This document shows positions 9,458-18,192 of a stretch of 64,000 nt of DNA, piece by piece. Each line of letters begins with the position of its first letter. Within the stretch, counting starts at the first letter, position 1. The DNA is from a virus. A program made the translations under genes and the position numbers. The stretch is from IMG/VR virus record IMGVR_UViG_3300021963_009388, positions 38,496-102,495 of that record; one strand, 5' to 3'. The notes below the pieces were generated by a model that saw only the letters and a program-made list of their open reading frames with translations, searched no databases and was not told the DNA's origin.

Positions 9458-10428
9458 GCGGCATTAATATAAAAGACACTAAGACATTTAAGAGCCCTAT
9501 TTCTAAGGGGTCTAGCCAAGCTTACTTTATGGATGCTCTTAGGCTTTCTCACATGCTTAGGGCTAGGGCTATACAGGACATAGAAGCTAAGGCAAGGGAC
9601 ATAGGAGCTTCTGACAAAGCTATACTTAAGCTCAAGGAAGATGTTAGCAACTTGGCTGAAGCCACTCCTCTGGAAAGGTTTCTCGTGCCTAAGGCATGCA
9701 TGCAGATATCCGCATACCTTGTCGATGGGTTGGTAAAGTTTAAGAAGGACCCTAATCACAAATACACTAACACCATAGAGATTCCCGGTGCTACTGTAGC
9801 CGGTAGTGTATTCTCATCTACTAAGACAAAAAGAATAAACAAGTTTGATGTAACTGCTAGCGAGTCCATATTGTCTTCAGAACCAATGGTGGTATTTGGA
9901 ACAAGGGAAGAGCTAGACCTAATTATACCTTACATCATCGATAGGGCCGCGCTGGCCCCTACTAACTGCCTTCACTTCAGTGTGAAGACTTACTACAAGA
10001 AGCTTAACAAGCATTATGTAAGATACTCCCCAGAGAGATGGGAAGATACGCTTCGTACTAAAGATGGCTTCAACAGCATCATAGTAAACGAAAGCAGGTA
10101 TAGGCCTGTGGAGTTAGTCATAGTTGACAACATCAATCATGGGTTTAGTCCAGCCCCTATTAAGCGAAAGAAATGTATAGCTAGGCTAGGCAGAATGAAA
10201 GAGGCTCTGCTATGTTTAAAAAGATGCAAAGCTCACACATCATCAAAAGGTATATGCTCTATTATTTGTTTTCATACAGACGACATAGTGGGGGGCATAA
10301 ACCCAGAGATGATTAAATCGTTTGAAGATATAAGTTCTTTGTACGACTGCAGTTCTGACAAGAACAAAGTCCACCTAACCAAGCGAAAAGGCAAGACTAT
10401 ACTATCTCTGCGCAAGGATAAGAAATGA
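9454..10428 (+). CDS. hypothetical protein
   Basis: 324-aa ORF with ATGA overlap. Confidence 0.7.
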   Translation: MSGINIKDTKTFKSPISKGSSQAYFMDALRLSHMLRARAIQDIEAKARDIGASDKAILKLKEDVSNLAEATPLERFLVPKACMQISAYLVDGLVKFKKDPNHKYTNTIEIPGATVAGSVFSSTKTKRINKFDVTASESILSSEPMVVFGTREELDLIIPYIIDRAALAPTNCLHFSVKTYYKKLNKHYVRYSPERWEDTLRTKDGFNSIIVNESRYRPVELVIVDNINHGFSPAPIKRKKCIARLGRMKEALLCLKRCKAHTSSKGICSIICFHTDDIVGGINPEMIKSFEDISSLYDCSSDKNKVHLTKRKGKTILSLRKDKK

Positions 10429-11084
10429 GCGAAAAGAGGCTAAACCCTGAAGAGGTATTGGGTTACATGAAGGATGTAACCTGTGCTGAGCTAACAGGAT
10501 CCCCACCGGTAGAGCCTGGCGTAGTAGACGCAGGCATAGTAAACCCTACCTCTCAGGAGCTTAACAGACTGCCTCCACTCAAACGAGTGGAGCTCTCAGA
10601 TTCTTTAAGCAGCCTTTCCAATGACTTCGTGTTTTTTAACCATACTATGCTGTTCTCTAAAGGGGGTCTAGACTTTGACCCAATTAAAGAGTATCAAGTA
10701 TTTGCAAATAAACCGGAATTAGTTAACTATGTAGTCTTTAACAGACCCATATTTAGCGGGCTTGACTTTCCTGATAACACGGGGGGTCATGATTTTATTT
10801 TATCGTTTGTTCCTATAGAGCACTGGGACACTATATACAGAGCTATAGGCAACATAACCATACTAAATAGAGCTAATGGTTACATGTTTCTATGCGAAGC
10901 AGTTAAGGTAAAAATACCCGATCCAAAGCAGCCGAGCTTGACTATAGAGCCATATCTATGGAAGATGAAGGGCTCACAACAGAGCTGGGTGTACCAGGGG
11001 TACCCTGTACCTAGGGCTGTAAAACGGTCTGCTGACTATGAAGCTATGAACTTAATGAAAGCTATTAACAATGAACCCAGATAA
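10425..11084 (+). CDS. hypothetical protein
   Basis: 219-aa ORF with ATGA overlap. Confidence 0.7.
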   Translation: MSEKRLNPEEVLGYMKDVTCAELTGSPPVEPGVVDAGIVNPTSQELNRLPPLKRVELSDSLSSLSNDFVFFNHTMLFSKGGLDFDPIKEYQVFANKPELVNYVVFNRPIFSGLDFPDNTGGHDFILSFVPIEHWDTIYRAIGNITILNRANGYMFLCEAVKVKIPDPKQPSLTIEPYLWKMKGSQQSWVYQGYPVPRAVKRSADYEAMNLMKAINNEPR

Positions 11085-11367
11085 TACTTACGTGTATAGA
11101 AAGACTAAAACATTCGTGGAAGAGCGGGTGTACGAGCGCCCAGCCGGATCTACTCCAGACGACTGGAGACTAATAAAGATAACCGATCCGCTGGATGAAA
11201 CTATAAACGAATGGGTATTGGCTAATCAAGCCACCATAGTAACTGTATCGGCTCCAGGGATGGACAGTAGATGGCTAGACAAGGAAATGACCAAGCGGTC
11301 GGTGCTTGTAGCCATTACAGTTATTTACGAAGGTAGTAACAATGGACAATGGCCAGAACGTAAGTGA
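11071..11367 (+). CDS. hypothetical protein
   Basis: 98-aa ORF in a coupled operon. Confidence 0.6.
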   Translation: MNPDNTYVYRKTKTFVEERVYERPAGSTPDDWRLIKITDPLDETINEWVLANQATIVTVSAPGMDSRWLDKEMTKRSVLVAITVIYEGSNNGQWPERK

Positions 11368-11689
11368 TACGGGCCCGCCAGAGCCAGATAAATATAATTA
11401 TCATATTGTTATTATACCGGCTCACGGTCCGCCTGAAGCTCACTCGTTTAAACTTAAAGAAGAGCTTATAGACGTTCTTAGGGCTCAGCACGGACGGCGT
11501 ACATGCTGCTTCGTGTATGAAGGTAATAGGTGGAACATATCTTTGCCGCCTAGAAGGTTGTTAAATTCCAACGGAGAGATAGAGGCTGAGTTATCGGCCG
11601 AGTTTAAGAACACATTACCCGACCCAAGTGGAATGATGTTTGATGACATGGACGTAGTCGACGAAGACGATGAATACTTCAAAAGCTAG
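11342..11689 (+). CDS. hypothetical protein
   Basis: 115-aa ORF in a coupled operon. Confidence 0.6.
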   Translation: MDNGQNVSDTGPPEPDKYNYHIVIIPAHGPPEAHSFKLKEELIDVLRAQHGRRTCCFVYEGNRWNISLPPRRLLNSNGEIEAELSAEFKNTLPDPSGMMFDDMDVVDEDDEYFKS

Positions 11690-11704
11690 TTCAAATCTAA
11701 ATAC

Positions 11705-11732
11705 TTAATTCGAGCTAAAATCGCGTCATAAT
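11705..11732 (+). promoter_or_regulatory. cassette-opening promoter-like motif 1 (TTAATTCGAGCTAAAATCGCGTCATAAT)
   Basis: One of 8 copies of identical 28-bp length, TTAATYC...CATAAT; CATAAT resembles a -10 box. Confidence 0.75.
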
Positions 11733-11769
11733 CATTTGCTTCCCCCTTAGGAAGTAGAAGGAGGTCGTT

Positions 11770-11907
11770 ATGACCTTGTTTCTAACGATATGGCTATTTG
11801 CCATATTTTGCTATTTTTGCTTTGGAGCTTCAAAAGCTCCAAGTGTTAAAGCAGTTTCTTCTCTTTCCTCCGCTTTCAAAAGGAAGCGCAGGAGGCGAAG
11901 AAAATAA
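11770..11907 (+). CDS. 45-aa membrane peptide with polybasic tail (MTLFLTIWLFAIFCYFCFG...KRKRRRRRK); not in the ORF track
   Basis: GGAGG RBS 5 nt upstream; first ORF after the cassette promoter. Confidence 0.6.
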   Translation: MTLFLTIWLFAIFCYFCFGASKAPSVKAVSSLSSAFKRKRRRRRK

Positions 11908-11981
11908 GGACCGGGCGAAAGCCATAAAGACAGGGCTTCGGCCATATGGTTTCACATTTTTATCTACTTAAGGAGATGACT

Positions 11982-12641
11982 ATGGTAACTATTTCTTTGT
12001 CTTACTCCCCCGCTAGCCTCGGCTTCCCAGCTGGGGAACGTTTGTTTCCAGTCGGAAAAATCGGCGTTCTGGTGCTGTACCCCGACAACATAGTTGGGGT
12101 ATGGGGCCGCCGACCAGGCGGCTGGGTAAACCTGGTTGCCGGGGACCCCATCATTGAGCGTGGCCTCCTCAGGCCTATTCCCGCTTCGGCGGCGGCGGCG
12201 CAGACTTTCTTTGAGAAGGAAAGTCTGGTCATTGGGCCGTTGACAGGGCCTTTGGTATTACCTCGCTTAATGGCGAGGATCCCAGAGGGGTTTGATCCCG
12301 CCGATGCGGATCAGACTGCGTTGGAGAAGGCAGCCGGTTCGGATGACGGTGACGCAATGCTCTCGACGTTTGTTGAGAGTACGGTACGAGGCCCCGACGG
12401 CCTATTTGTTCCGAGGGGGTTCATCCCAGGGCCAGTGGCCCTGGAGGACGTTTTCGAAGACGTCGGAGGTTTAGTAGGGGACGACGGCGTCCCCAAAGTT
12501 CAGCAGGTAACCCTGCAGGAACTTAGAAAGGCCCGCCTAGCAAGGCTGGCCTTCACAAAGCAAGCCCCATCCCCAGCTTTTGGGGAGAGGGCGAAGTTCG
12601 TTAAATCGTTTAAGAAAGCCGTAGCTACCTTATACCGGTAG
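11982..12641 (+). CDS. hypothetical protein, GC-rich cassette cargo
   Basis: AAGGAG at 11970-11975 favours the ATG at 11982; visibly more GC-rich than the backbone. Confidence 0.65.
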   Translation: MVTISLSYSPASLGFPAGERLFPVGKIGVLVLYPDNIVGVWGRRPGGWVNLVAGDPIIERGLLRPIPASAAAAQTFFEKESLVIGPLTGPLVLPRLMARIPEGFDPADADQTALEKAAGSDDGDAMLSTFVESTVRGPDGLFVPRGFIPGPVALEDVFEDVGGLVGDDGVPKVQQVTLQELRKARLARLAFTKQAPSPAFGERAKFVKSFKKAVATLYR

Positions 12642-12947
12642 TCTACGTAGGGGGGGGATAACCAAGAAGCTCCAAGCGCTATGGTTCTTGGAACAACTTC
12701 TTGACTTCCCGGAGGTGGTGCGCCACATGGCTCCAACCCACAAGCCCGTGCAGAGTAAATACAAAACTCTGCATGAGCCTAGGTATTCTGATGCACCCTT
12801 ACTGGAGGGTGCATTTGGCGCGGCTCGTCCGCCGACGTAAAGACCTATAGAGGTTCATACGTTGAGACCCAGGTCGGGTGTTCGGCTAACGGCTTGAAGC
12901 CGTGAACACTAGCTTCATCGCTAGAGTGAGCGACCCGATAAACCAGG

Positions 12948-12999
12948 CCAATTCGTCATCTCGAAAAGAGGTGGCGAATTGGTTTTTTTTAGCTATTAG
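12948..12999 (+). terminator. intrinsic terminator plus cassette-closing T8-AGCTATTAG (cassette 1)
   Basis: CCAATTCGTCATCTC-GAAAA-GAGGTGGCGAATTGG hairpin followed by T8. Confidence 0.85.
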
Positions 13000-13007
13000 G
13001 TGATCAC

Positions 13008-13035
13008 TTAATTCAGAGGTAAATAGCGTCATAAT
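13008..13035 (+). promoter_or_regulatory. cassette promoter-like motif 2
   Basis: TTAATTCAGAGGTAAATAGCGTCATAAT. Confidence 0.75.
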
Positions 13036-13118
13036 AAGGTGAGTTAGTAGTAGCTATAGTCGCCCGTTCTGGGTCGAGTAGTATACGACGAACTCTTTCC
13101 TGGAAAGGGAAAATTGAT

Positions 13119-13316
13119 ATGGCTAACTCTTCGAAGACTGTACTCAGCTGTGTAAAAGTTAGTGGAGAGCAGTGGGCTTCACAGGTAGAGATGGCGATGG
13201 CGGGTGAAGCCATGCAAATAGCTCTAACTGAGAGGCGGCGCGGTTTAATAGCCGTGTCCCGCCGCTCCGACACAGGCATCGTCTATGAATCAGTATTCGA
13301 GGTATATGACGCGTAA
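13119..13316 (+). CDS. 65-aa hypothetical protein, cassette 2 cargo
   Basis: Only + strand ORF between promoter 2 and terminator 2; AAGGGA upstream. Confidence 0.55.
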   Translation: MANSSKTVLSCVKVSGEQWASQVEMAMAGEAMQIALTERRRGLIAVSRRSDTGIVYESVFEVYDA

Positions 13317-13333
13317 GCGTTGTATACCTCAGG

Positions 13334-13387
13334 CTACCAGAGCTTCCTTCACAGGGAAGCTCTGGTGGTATTTTTTTTAGCTATCAG
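13334..13387 (+). terminator. intrinsic terminator plus T8-AGCTATCAG (cassette 2)
   Basis: CTACCAGAGCTTCC...GGAAGCTCTGGTGG hairpin followed by T8. Confidence 0.85.
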
Positions 13388-13393
13388 ACACTT

Positions 13394-13516
13394 CTAAGGA
13401 TCTTCACCCATGACTAAATCTATAAGATGGGGTACTCCCAGCCACACTAGGTATACGGCTGACACCACATAAAACGTATCAGTTCTAAAACTTAAAATAT
13501 ATATAAGGGTTTCCAT
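13394..13516 (-). CDS. possible 40-aa hydrophobic peptide (METLIYILSFRTDTFYVVSAVYLVWLGVPHLIDLVMGEDP)
   Basis: Open frame converging on terminator 2; no clear RBS. Confidence 0.25.
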   Translation of the reverse strand: METLIYILSFRTDTFYVVSAVYLVWLGVPHLIDLVMGEDP

Positions 13517-13612
13517 GGTGCTTCAATCTTGTTATTTTAATATCATGTTGCTTATTATCCTTAGAAGAAGTAAAAAGAGTAAGTTTAATATTTAAATCAC
13601 GAAAGGCGAGCC

Positions 13613-14350
13613 ATGGCAGACACTAGACTAGCATCTGTTACAGGTGGATCTACTATAGACCATAACAGAAAGACCACTAAGATAATCGTCGATCCGCATG
13701 AGACAGACTCATTCGTAATCGATCTCTCAGCTATGAAATCTGCACAAACGTTTGAAGTTAAAGAGGATGGCAGTAAGGACTTAAGGAAACTAGAACAAAT
13801 AGAAAGATCTAAAATGATAGCCAACAGTTTAAGGAGATTTGCCAAGAGTACACCCGACAGCGCGCCTCCTAGCTTAGGCACTGTCTCAGGTACTGTAGAC
13901 GGCGGCAACCATGTTCATCCAGCTGCTCAGCTTCCAGAGTCGGCTGTGGCTCCACCTAACGTAAGGGTCTATTTTGATATGCCTGGTCTGGCTACTCTAA
14001 ACTACAGATATCACGGAGCAGCCGTAGTGCCTGGTTATCTCGTCCTCACCACCGATATGCGGTACTCAGGCCCAGGTGAGTTCTACCCATTTACTAGTAA
14101 GCTGGCTATAGAGACAGACGCCCGAATAGGCGTTATGGTTGATGGTATAGACAGCCTATTTCTAATAAAGCCTCCAACTATACAGCACAAGTTCGGACCT
14201 TACGAGCATTGCTTAGTTCCTATAGTTCAAGAGAAGGATCTTCCTCCTGAGCTGAAGGAAGGGCTAGTTCAAGATAAGCCAGAAGTAGTGGAGACGTCTC
14301 CACGACCAGTCGCTACTTCATCGTCAGATGCAGAAGACGGGGTGCTTTAA
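13613..14350 (+). CDS. hypothetical protein
   Basis: 245-aa ORF upstream of the probable portal. Confidence 0.75.
   Translation: MADTRLASVTGGSTIDHNRKTTKIIVDPHETDSFVIDLSAMKSAQTFEVKEDGSKDLRKLEQIERSKMIANSLRRFAKSTPDSAPPSLGTVSGTVDGGNHVHPAAQLPESAVAPPNVRVYFDMPGLATLNYRYHGAAVVPGYLVLTTDMRYSGPGEFYPFTSKLAIETDARIGVMVDGIDSLFLIKPPTIQHKFGPYEHCLVPIVQEKDLPPELKEGLVQDKPEVVETSPRPVATSSSDAEDGVL
14288..14303. repeat. 16-bp palindrome, copy 2 (perfect)
   Basis: Inside a CDS, encoding VETSP. Confidence 0.95.
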
Positions 14351-14392
14351 TCTTAATTTATTATAAGTGTAACCTAGGGGGCCTAGCCTAAC

Positions 14393-16327
14393 ATGTCAGA
14401 CTTTTCAGAAGGTGCTTTGGGCAAGGGCTGGGCTCTTAACGGAAAAGGTGATGAGCCTTTTCCAGATCCATTTATGGACTACGCCTCTACGGTCATGCCT
14501 GAGAATATCAGGGATGCCCTGAGGTATTGCGAGTTCATATTTAACTCCAACTCTATGATAAGAGAAGCAGCAAGAAGAGTTCTTAGCTACTTCATAACAG
14601 ACATAGAGGTTAAAGGCGTTGGCGGTAAGGACATCGGCGATGACGAGAGGGCTAAGTATGAGAGCTTCTTAAATGAAACTCTAGACATAAAGACCATTCT
14701 TCACTCTGTGGGTCTTGACCTCTTATGCTATGGTAATAGCTTTACCACTCTTGTAGTACCTTTTAGAAGGTACTTATCCTGCCCTCAGTGCTTTCTTGAC
14801 ATACCTCTTAAAGAAGCCATAAATAACAGTGCGTTCGCATTTAAGTGGAAGATGCCTGACTTTACATGTAACTGCCCTAGGTGCAAGTACACAGGTATAT
14901 GGAAGCGCACAGACAGAAGAACTAACGAGCCTGAAGAAGTACGAGTAAGAAGATGGCCAGCAGCTGAGATGGAGATAAGGTACGATCCAGTAAGGGATAA
15001 CCGTGACTATCTTTGGAGAATACCAGAAGACTATAGGCTGCAAGTAAGAAGAGGAGATCCTCAAATCTTAGAGACGGTACCTTGGGAAGTAGTAGAGGCA
15101 GTTGCAGCTAACGGCTTTCTTCTATTTGACAAGGGAGCCATATACCATATGTACGAGCCAACTCTGTCAGGGGTTAGGTCGAGAGGCTGGGGTATATCTA
15201 GAACTCTAGTTAACTTTAGACATGCTTGGTACTGTCAAGTGCTTCACCGATACAACGAAGCTATAGCTCTAGACTACGTCATACCATTTAGAGTTCTAAG
15301 CCCTCAACCACAGTCTAGCTCTCTGCCAGAGGCTGGGGACCCTTTAATGAACATGGACTTGGGCGGCCTTAGAGGTCAGGTCCAGGCTATGCTTAGAAAG
15401 AGAAGAAAGGATCCGGCTGCTTGGCACTTCCTTAGCACTCCTATTCAATATCAGATGCTCGGTGGAGAAGCAAGAAACCTTGCACCTACTGATCTATTAG
15501 AGTCAGGCATAACCAATCTTTTAAACGGGTTCGGTATGCCAGCTGAGCTGTACAGAGGCACTTTATCTTTGCAAGCAGCTCTACCAGCTATACGCCTTTT
15601 TGAGTCAAGCTGGGTATACTTAGTACACTCACTCAATGCTTTTCTGAGAGAGCTTACCAAAGACATAGGCGATGCGTTTGGCTGGGAGCCGGCTGTATGT
15701 AAACTCATAAGGCCTACTATGTTAGATGATGTTCAGCTCATCATGTCCAAGATGCAGCTTATGCAAGCTCAGCAGGTCAGCCAGACCGGCGTGCTTCGAA
15801 GCATGGGTATGGACTTCAAAGACGAGCAGAGGCAGATCATTCAGGAACAGAAGTTCACACAAGAGGAGCAGGCCAAGATGCAGGAGGAGATGGACAACTC
15901 TTCGCTTATGGAACAGATGGCTCCTCCTGTTATAGATCAGATGGCTCAGCAAGGAGGACAAGGCGGGCAGCCAGGTGGACAACCACCAGCTCCTCAAGGA
16001 TACGGCGCACCTGCAGCTCCAGCCGAAGGAGGAGGCGGCCAGCCACCTCAAGGACCAGCAGGCATGGCAGCACAAGGCATGTCTGTCGCTACTCCTACTA
16101 GCCCTAATCAGAAGGTTACTCCGCAAGACCTTCAAGCTAAGGCTCAAACATTGGCGGATCAGATGCTGGCTATGCCTGAATCTCAGCGTCAGTCAGAGAT
16201 GACCAAGCTCAAGTCTCAGGACCCAGTTATTCATAGTTTGGTTAAGCAGACCATAGGCAACATAAGACAGCAGGCTCAGACCGCTGGAGCTAGATCTATA
16301 ATGCAGCAGAAATACGGGGTAATGTAA
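14393..16327 (+). CDS. probable portal protein with Zn-ribbon insert and Gln/Pro/Gly-rich tail
   Basis: 644 aa; helical N-terminus, DLLCYGNSF and RGWGIS segments, CPQC...CPRC insert, low-complexity C-terminal tail. Portal call rests on architecture only. Confidence 0.5.
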   Translation: MSDFSEGALGKGWALNGKGDEPFPDPFMDYASTVMPENIRDALRYCEFIFNSNSMIREAARRVLSYFITDIEVKGVGGKDIGDDERAKYESFLNETLDIKTILHSVGLDLLCYGNSFTTLVVPFRRYLSCPQCFLDIPLKEAINNSAFAFKWKMPDFTCNCPRCKYTGIWKRTDRRTNEPEEVRVRRWPAAEMEIRYDPVRDNRDYLWRIPEDYRLQVRRGDPQILETVPWEVVEAVAANGFLLFDKGAIYHMYEPTLSGVRSRGWGISRTLVNFRHAWYCQVLHRYNEAIALDYVIPFRVLSPQPQSSSLPEAGDPLMNMDLGGLRGQVQAMLRKRRKDPAAWHFLSTPIQYQMLGGEARNLAPTDLLESGITNLLNGFGMPAELYRGTLSLQAALPAIRLFESSWVYLVHSLNAFLRELTKDIGDAFGWEPAVCKLIRPTMLDDVQLIMSKMQLMQAQQVSQTGVLRSMGMDFKDEQRQIIQEQKFTQEEQAKMQEEMDNSSLMEQMAPPVIDQMAQQGGQGGQPGGQPPAPQGYGAPAAPAEGGGGQPPQGPAGMAAQGMSVATPTSPNQKVTPQDLQAKAQTLADQMLAMPESQRQSEMTKLKSQDPVIHSLVKQTIGNIRQQAQTAGARSIMQQKYGVM

Positions 16328-16857
16328 TGAATGTGATTAGCGGGTTTTTAAGTATTCTTCTTGATGTGTCTTCTAAGCGTAAGCAAGGGAGGGATATAGA
16401 CATGCCCAGCATTAAAGAATGCGTAGAACTACTAGAGCTGCACAACAAGACCAGAGATATGTATGACCTGGCTCCAATGAAGACTAACGACAACTGTGCT
16501 CTTGTGGCTCAGTCTCATGCTACTTGGATGGCTGGAGTCAGTACTATATCTCATTTAGGGTTCAGTTTCTTTGGCCCGGCACAGAGGCTATCCATAGTGG
16601 GAGAGGACCCAGCAAACATAGGTGAGTGCATATCCTTCTCTAGCTGCGAAGGTGCGTCCTCTTTAATGAAGTCATGGTTTAAGTCAGAAACCCACAAGGC
16701 CATCATTCTAGGAAACTACTCTCAGTTTGGAGTAGGAAGGGCTCTGAGTAAGGACGGCTTATACTACTGGTGTGCTATATACATGGACAGCGGTGTTTCA
16801 ACTAGGGCACCAAAACTCAACTTATCCGATAGCCTGGTAGATACAGACAATATATGA
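16327..16857 (+). CDS. CAP/SCP-domain protein
   Basis: LELHNKTR, AQSHATWMA, IGECI, WFKSETHKAIILGNYSQFGVG and YWCAIY. Confidence 0.8.
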   Translation: MNVISGFLSILLDVSSKRKQGRDIDMPSIKECVELLELHNKTRDMYDLAPMKTNDNCALVAQSHATWMAGVSTISHLGFSFFGPAQRLSIVGEDPANIGECISFSSCEGASSLMKSWFKSETHKAIILGNYSQFGVGRALSKDGLYYWCAIYMDSGVSTRAPKLNLSDSLVDTDNI

Positions 16858-17483
16858 GCATCAATCTTATAAACTTCTTTGACTGGTTTTCTTCTCATCT
16901 ACTTACTCGACCTTGGCTCATAATAGGAAAAGGACCTACCTTTGATCTATTAGATAAAGTTGATCTATCTAAGTATCATGTCATAGGGCTTAACCATGTT
17001 ATGTTTAAAGTGCCATGCTTGCTTGGGCACGTCATAGACTTTGATGTTATCAAATCGTCGGTAAGCGATAACCTTTGCCAACATATTGTAACTCCATGGG
17101 AGCCTCATATAAATAACTCACCTGGAGGAAAGACTGCACTTAGCTTATTTAATAATCCCGATATAGTTGCAAAGAGCCCAGTGCTTTGGTACAACAGCAG
17201 TCGATCAGCTCCGCTTATGATAAAGTCAGGGCCGGTTATAAGGGTCAGAGGGTTTAGTGCGGTAGCTGCAGTTAACTTATTAAGCGCAGCTGGAGTTAAA
17301 GAAGTGTTTACCTTAGGCGTTGATGGTGGCACTAAGTACTCTAGTCAGTTTAAGACAGATACTCTGTTAGCGAATGGAAGGTCTTCGTTTGACTGTCAGG
17401 CTGCTGAGTTCAAGTACTCTAGAAAAAAGTTTAATATAAAAGTTATACCACTTTACAAGGGTTTGTTTAAAGAAGGAACATAA
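16854..17483 (+). CDS. DUF115/MptE-like (sialyltransferase-like fold) protein
   Basis: LIIGKGPT, VIGLNHV and VFTLGVDG. Confidence 0.55.
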   Translation: MSINLINFFDWFSSHLLTRPWLIIGKGPTFDLLDKVDLSKYHVIGLNHVMFKVPCLLGHVIDFDVIKSSVSDNLCQHIVTPWEPHINNSPGGKTALSLFNNPDIVAKSPVLWYNSSRSAPLMIKSGPVIRVRGFSAVAAVNLLSAAGVKEVFTLGVDGGTKYSSQFKTDTLLANGRSSFDCQAAEFKYSRKKFNIKVIPLYKGLFKEGT

Positions 17484-17484
17484 G

Positions 17485-18189
17485 ATGATAATTGAAGGCT
17501 TTAACCGATACGTACCTCACATAATGGTTGTTGATAACTTCTACAAGGACCCCAATGGAGTTAGAGAGGAGGCGCTTAAACTCGAATTTATAGAAGACAA
17601 CAGATACTATAAAGGATCAAGAACACAAGAAAAGTATATAACTTCAGGGCTCATTGAAGAGTTCTCTAGGCTAATGGACCACGATATAGAAGACTGGGAT
17701 AACCAGCCTATGAATGGCATATTCCAAAAGACTACTAAGGATAACCCTTTGGTCTATCATAGCGATTCTCAGGATTACGCTGGGGCTATCTACTTGACCC
17801 CAGGCGCCCCAGCAGACCAAGGCACTTCTTTCTGGAGGCATAAGGTTACCGGGTGCAGGCGACCTCCTCAGCACTTCTTAGAGCAAAGAACGGGCATTAC
17901 AGCTGATGATGTTTACAACGACAACACTCTGCTTAATCCAGATGCTTGGGAACTCATAGACCAAGCAGGATCCTTGTATAACCGACTAGTCATATGGGAT
18001 GCCAAGATGATTCATTCAGCCACAAAGTACGGGGATGATGAGCGCCTAGTTCAACTGTTCTTTTTTAATCTATCTAGGTCTAAGCCAGCTCCTAAAGTTA
18101 TTATAAACAATCAAAAAGAGGAAAGTGTTAAGCCTGGAATGGCCACCTTAACAGTAGCTAGATCAAGTTCTTCTATTACTAGAAGGTAA
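17485..18189 (+). CDS. 2OG-Fe(II) oxygenase-like protein
   Basis: VVDNFYKDP, HSD...H iron triad, YNRLVIWDAKMIHSA and RLVQLFF. Confidence 0.75.
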   Translation: MIIEGFNRYVPHIMVVDNFYKDPNGVREEALKLEFIEDNRYYKGSRTQEKYITSGLIEEFSRLMDHDIEDWDNQPMNGIFQKTTKDNPLVYHSDSQDYAGAIYLTPGAPADQGTSFWRHKVTGCRRPPQHFLEQRTGITADDVYNDNTLLNPDAWELIDQAGSLYNRLVIWDAKMIHSATKYGDDERLVQLFFFNLSRSKPAPKVIINNQKEESVKPGMATLTVARSSSSITRR

Positions 18190-18192
18190 GCT

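Noticed and set aside
9121-9759. Long antisense and alternate-frame ORFs in the track (e.g. 9121-9759, 41063-41596, 56616-57074, 62357-62833, 61645-61965)
   Set aside because: They overlap well-supported genes, lack RBSs and motifs, and look like shadow frames.
11704-13387. Cassettes as IS or MITE elements
   Set aside because: The ends are not inverted repeats, no target-site duplications are evident and no transposase is present.
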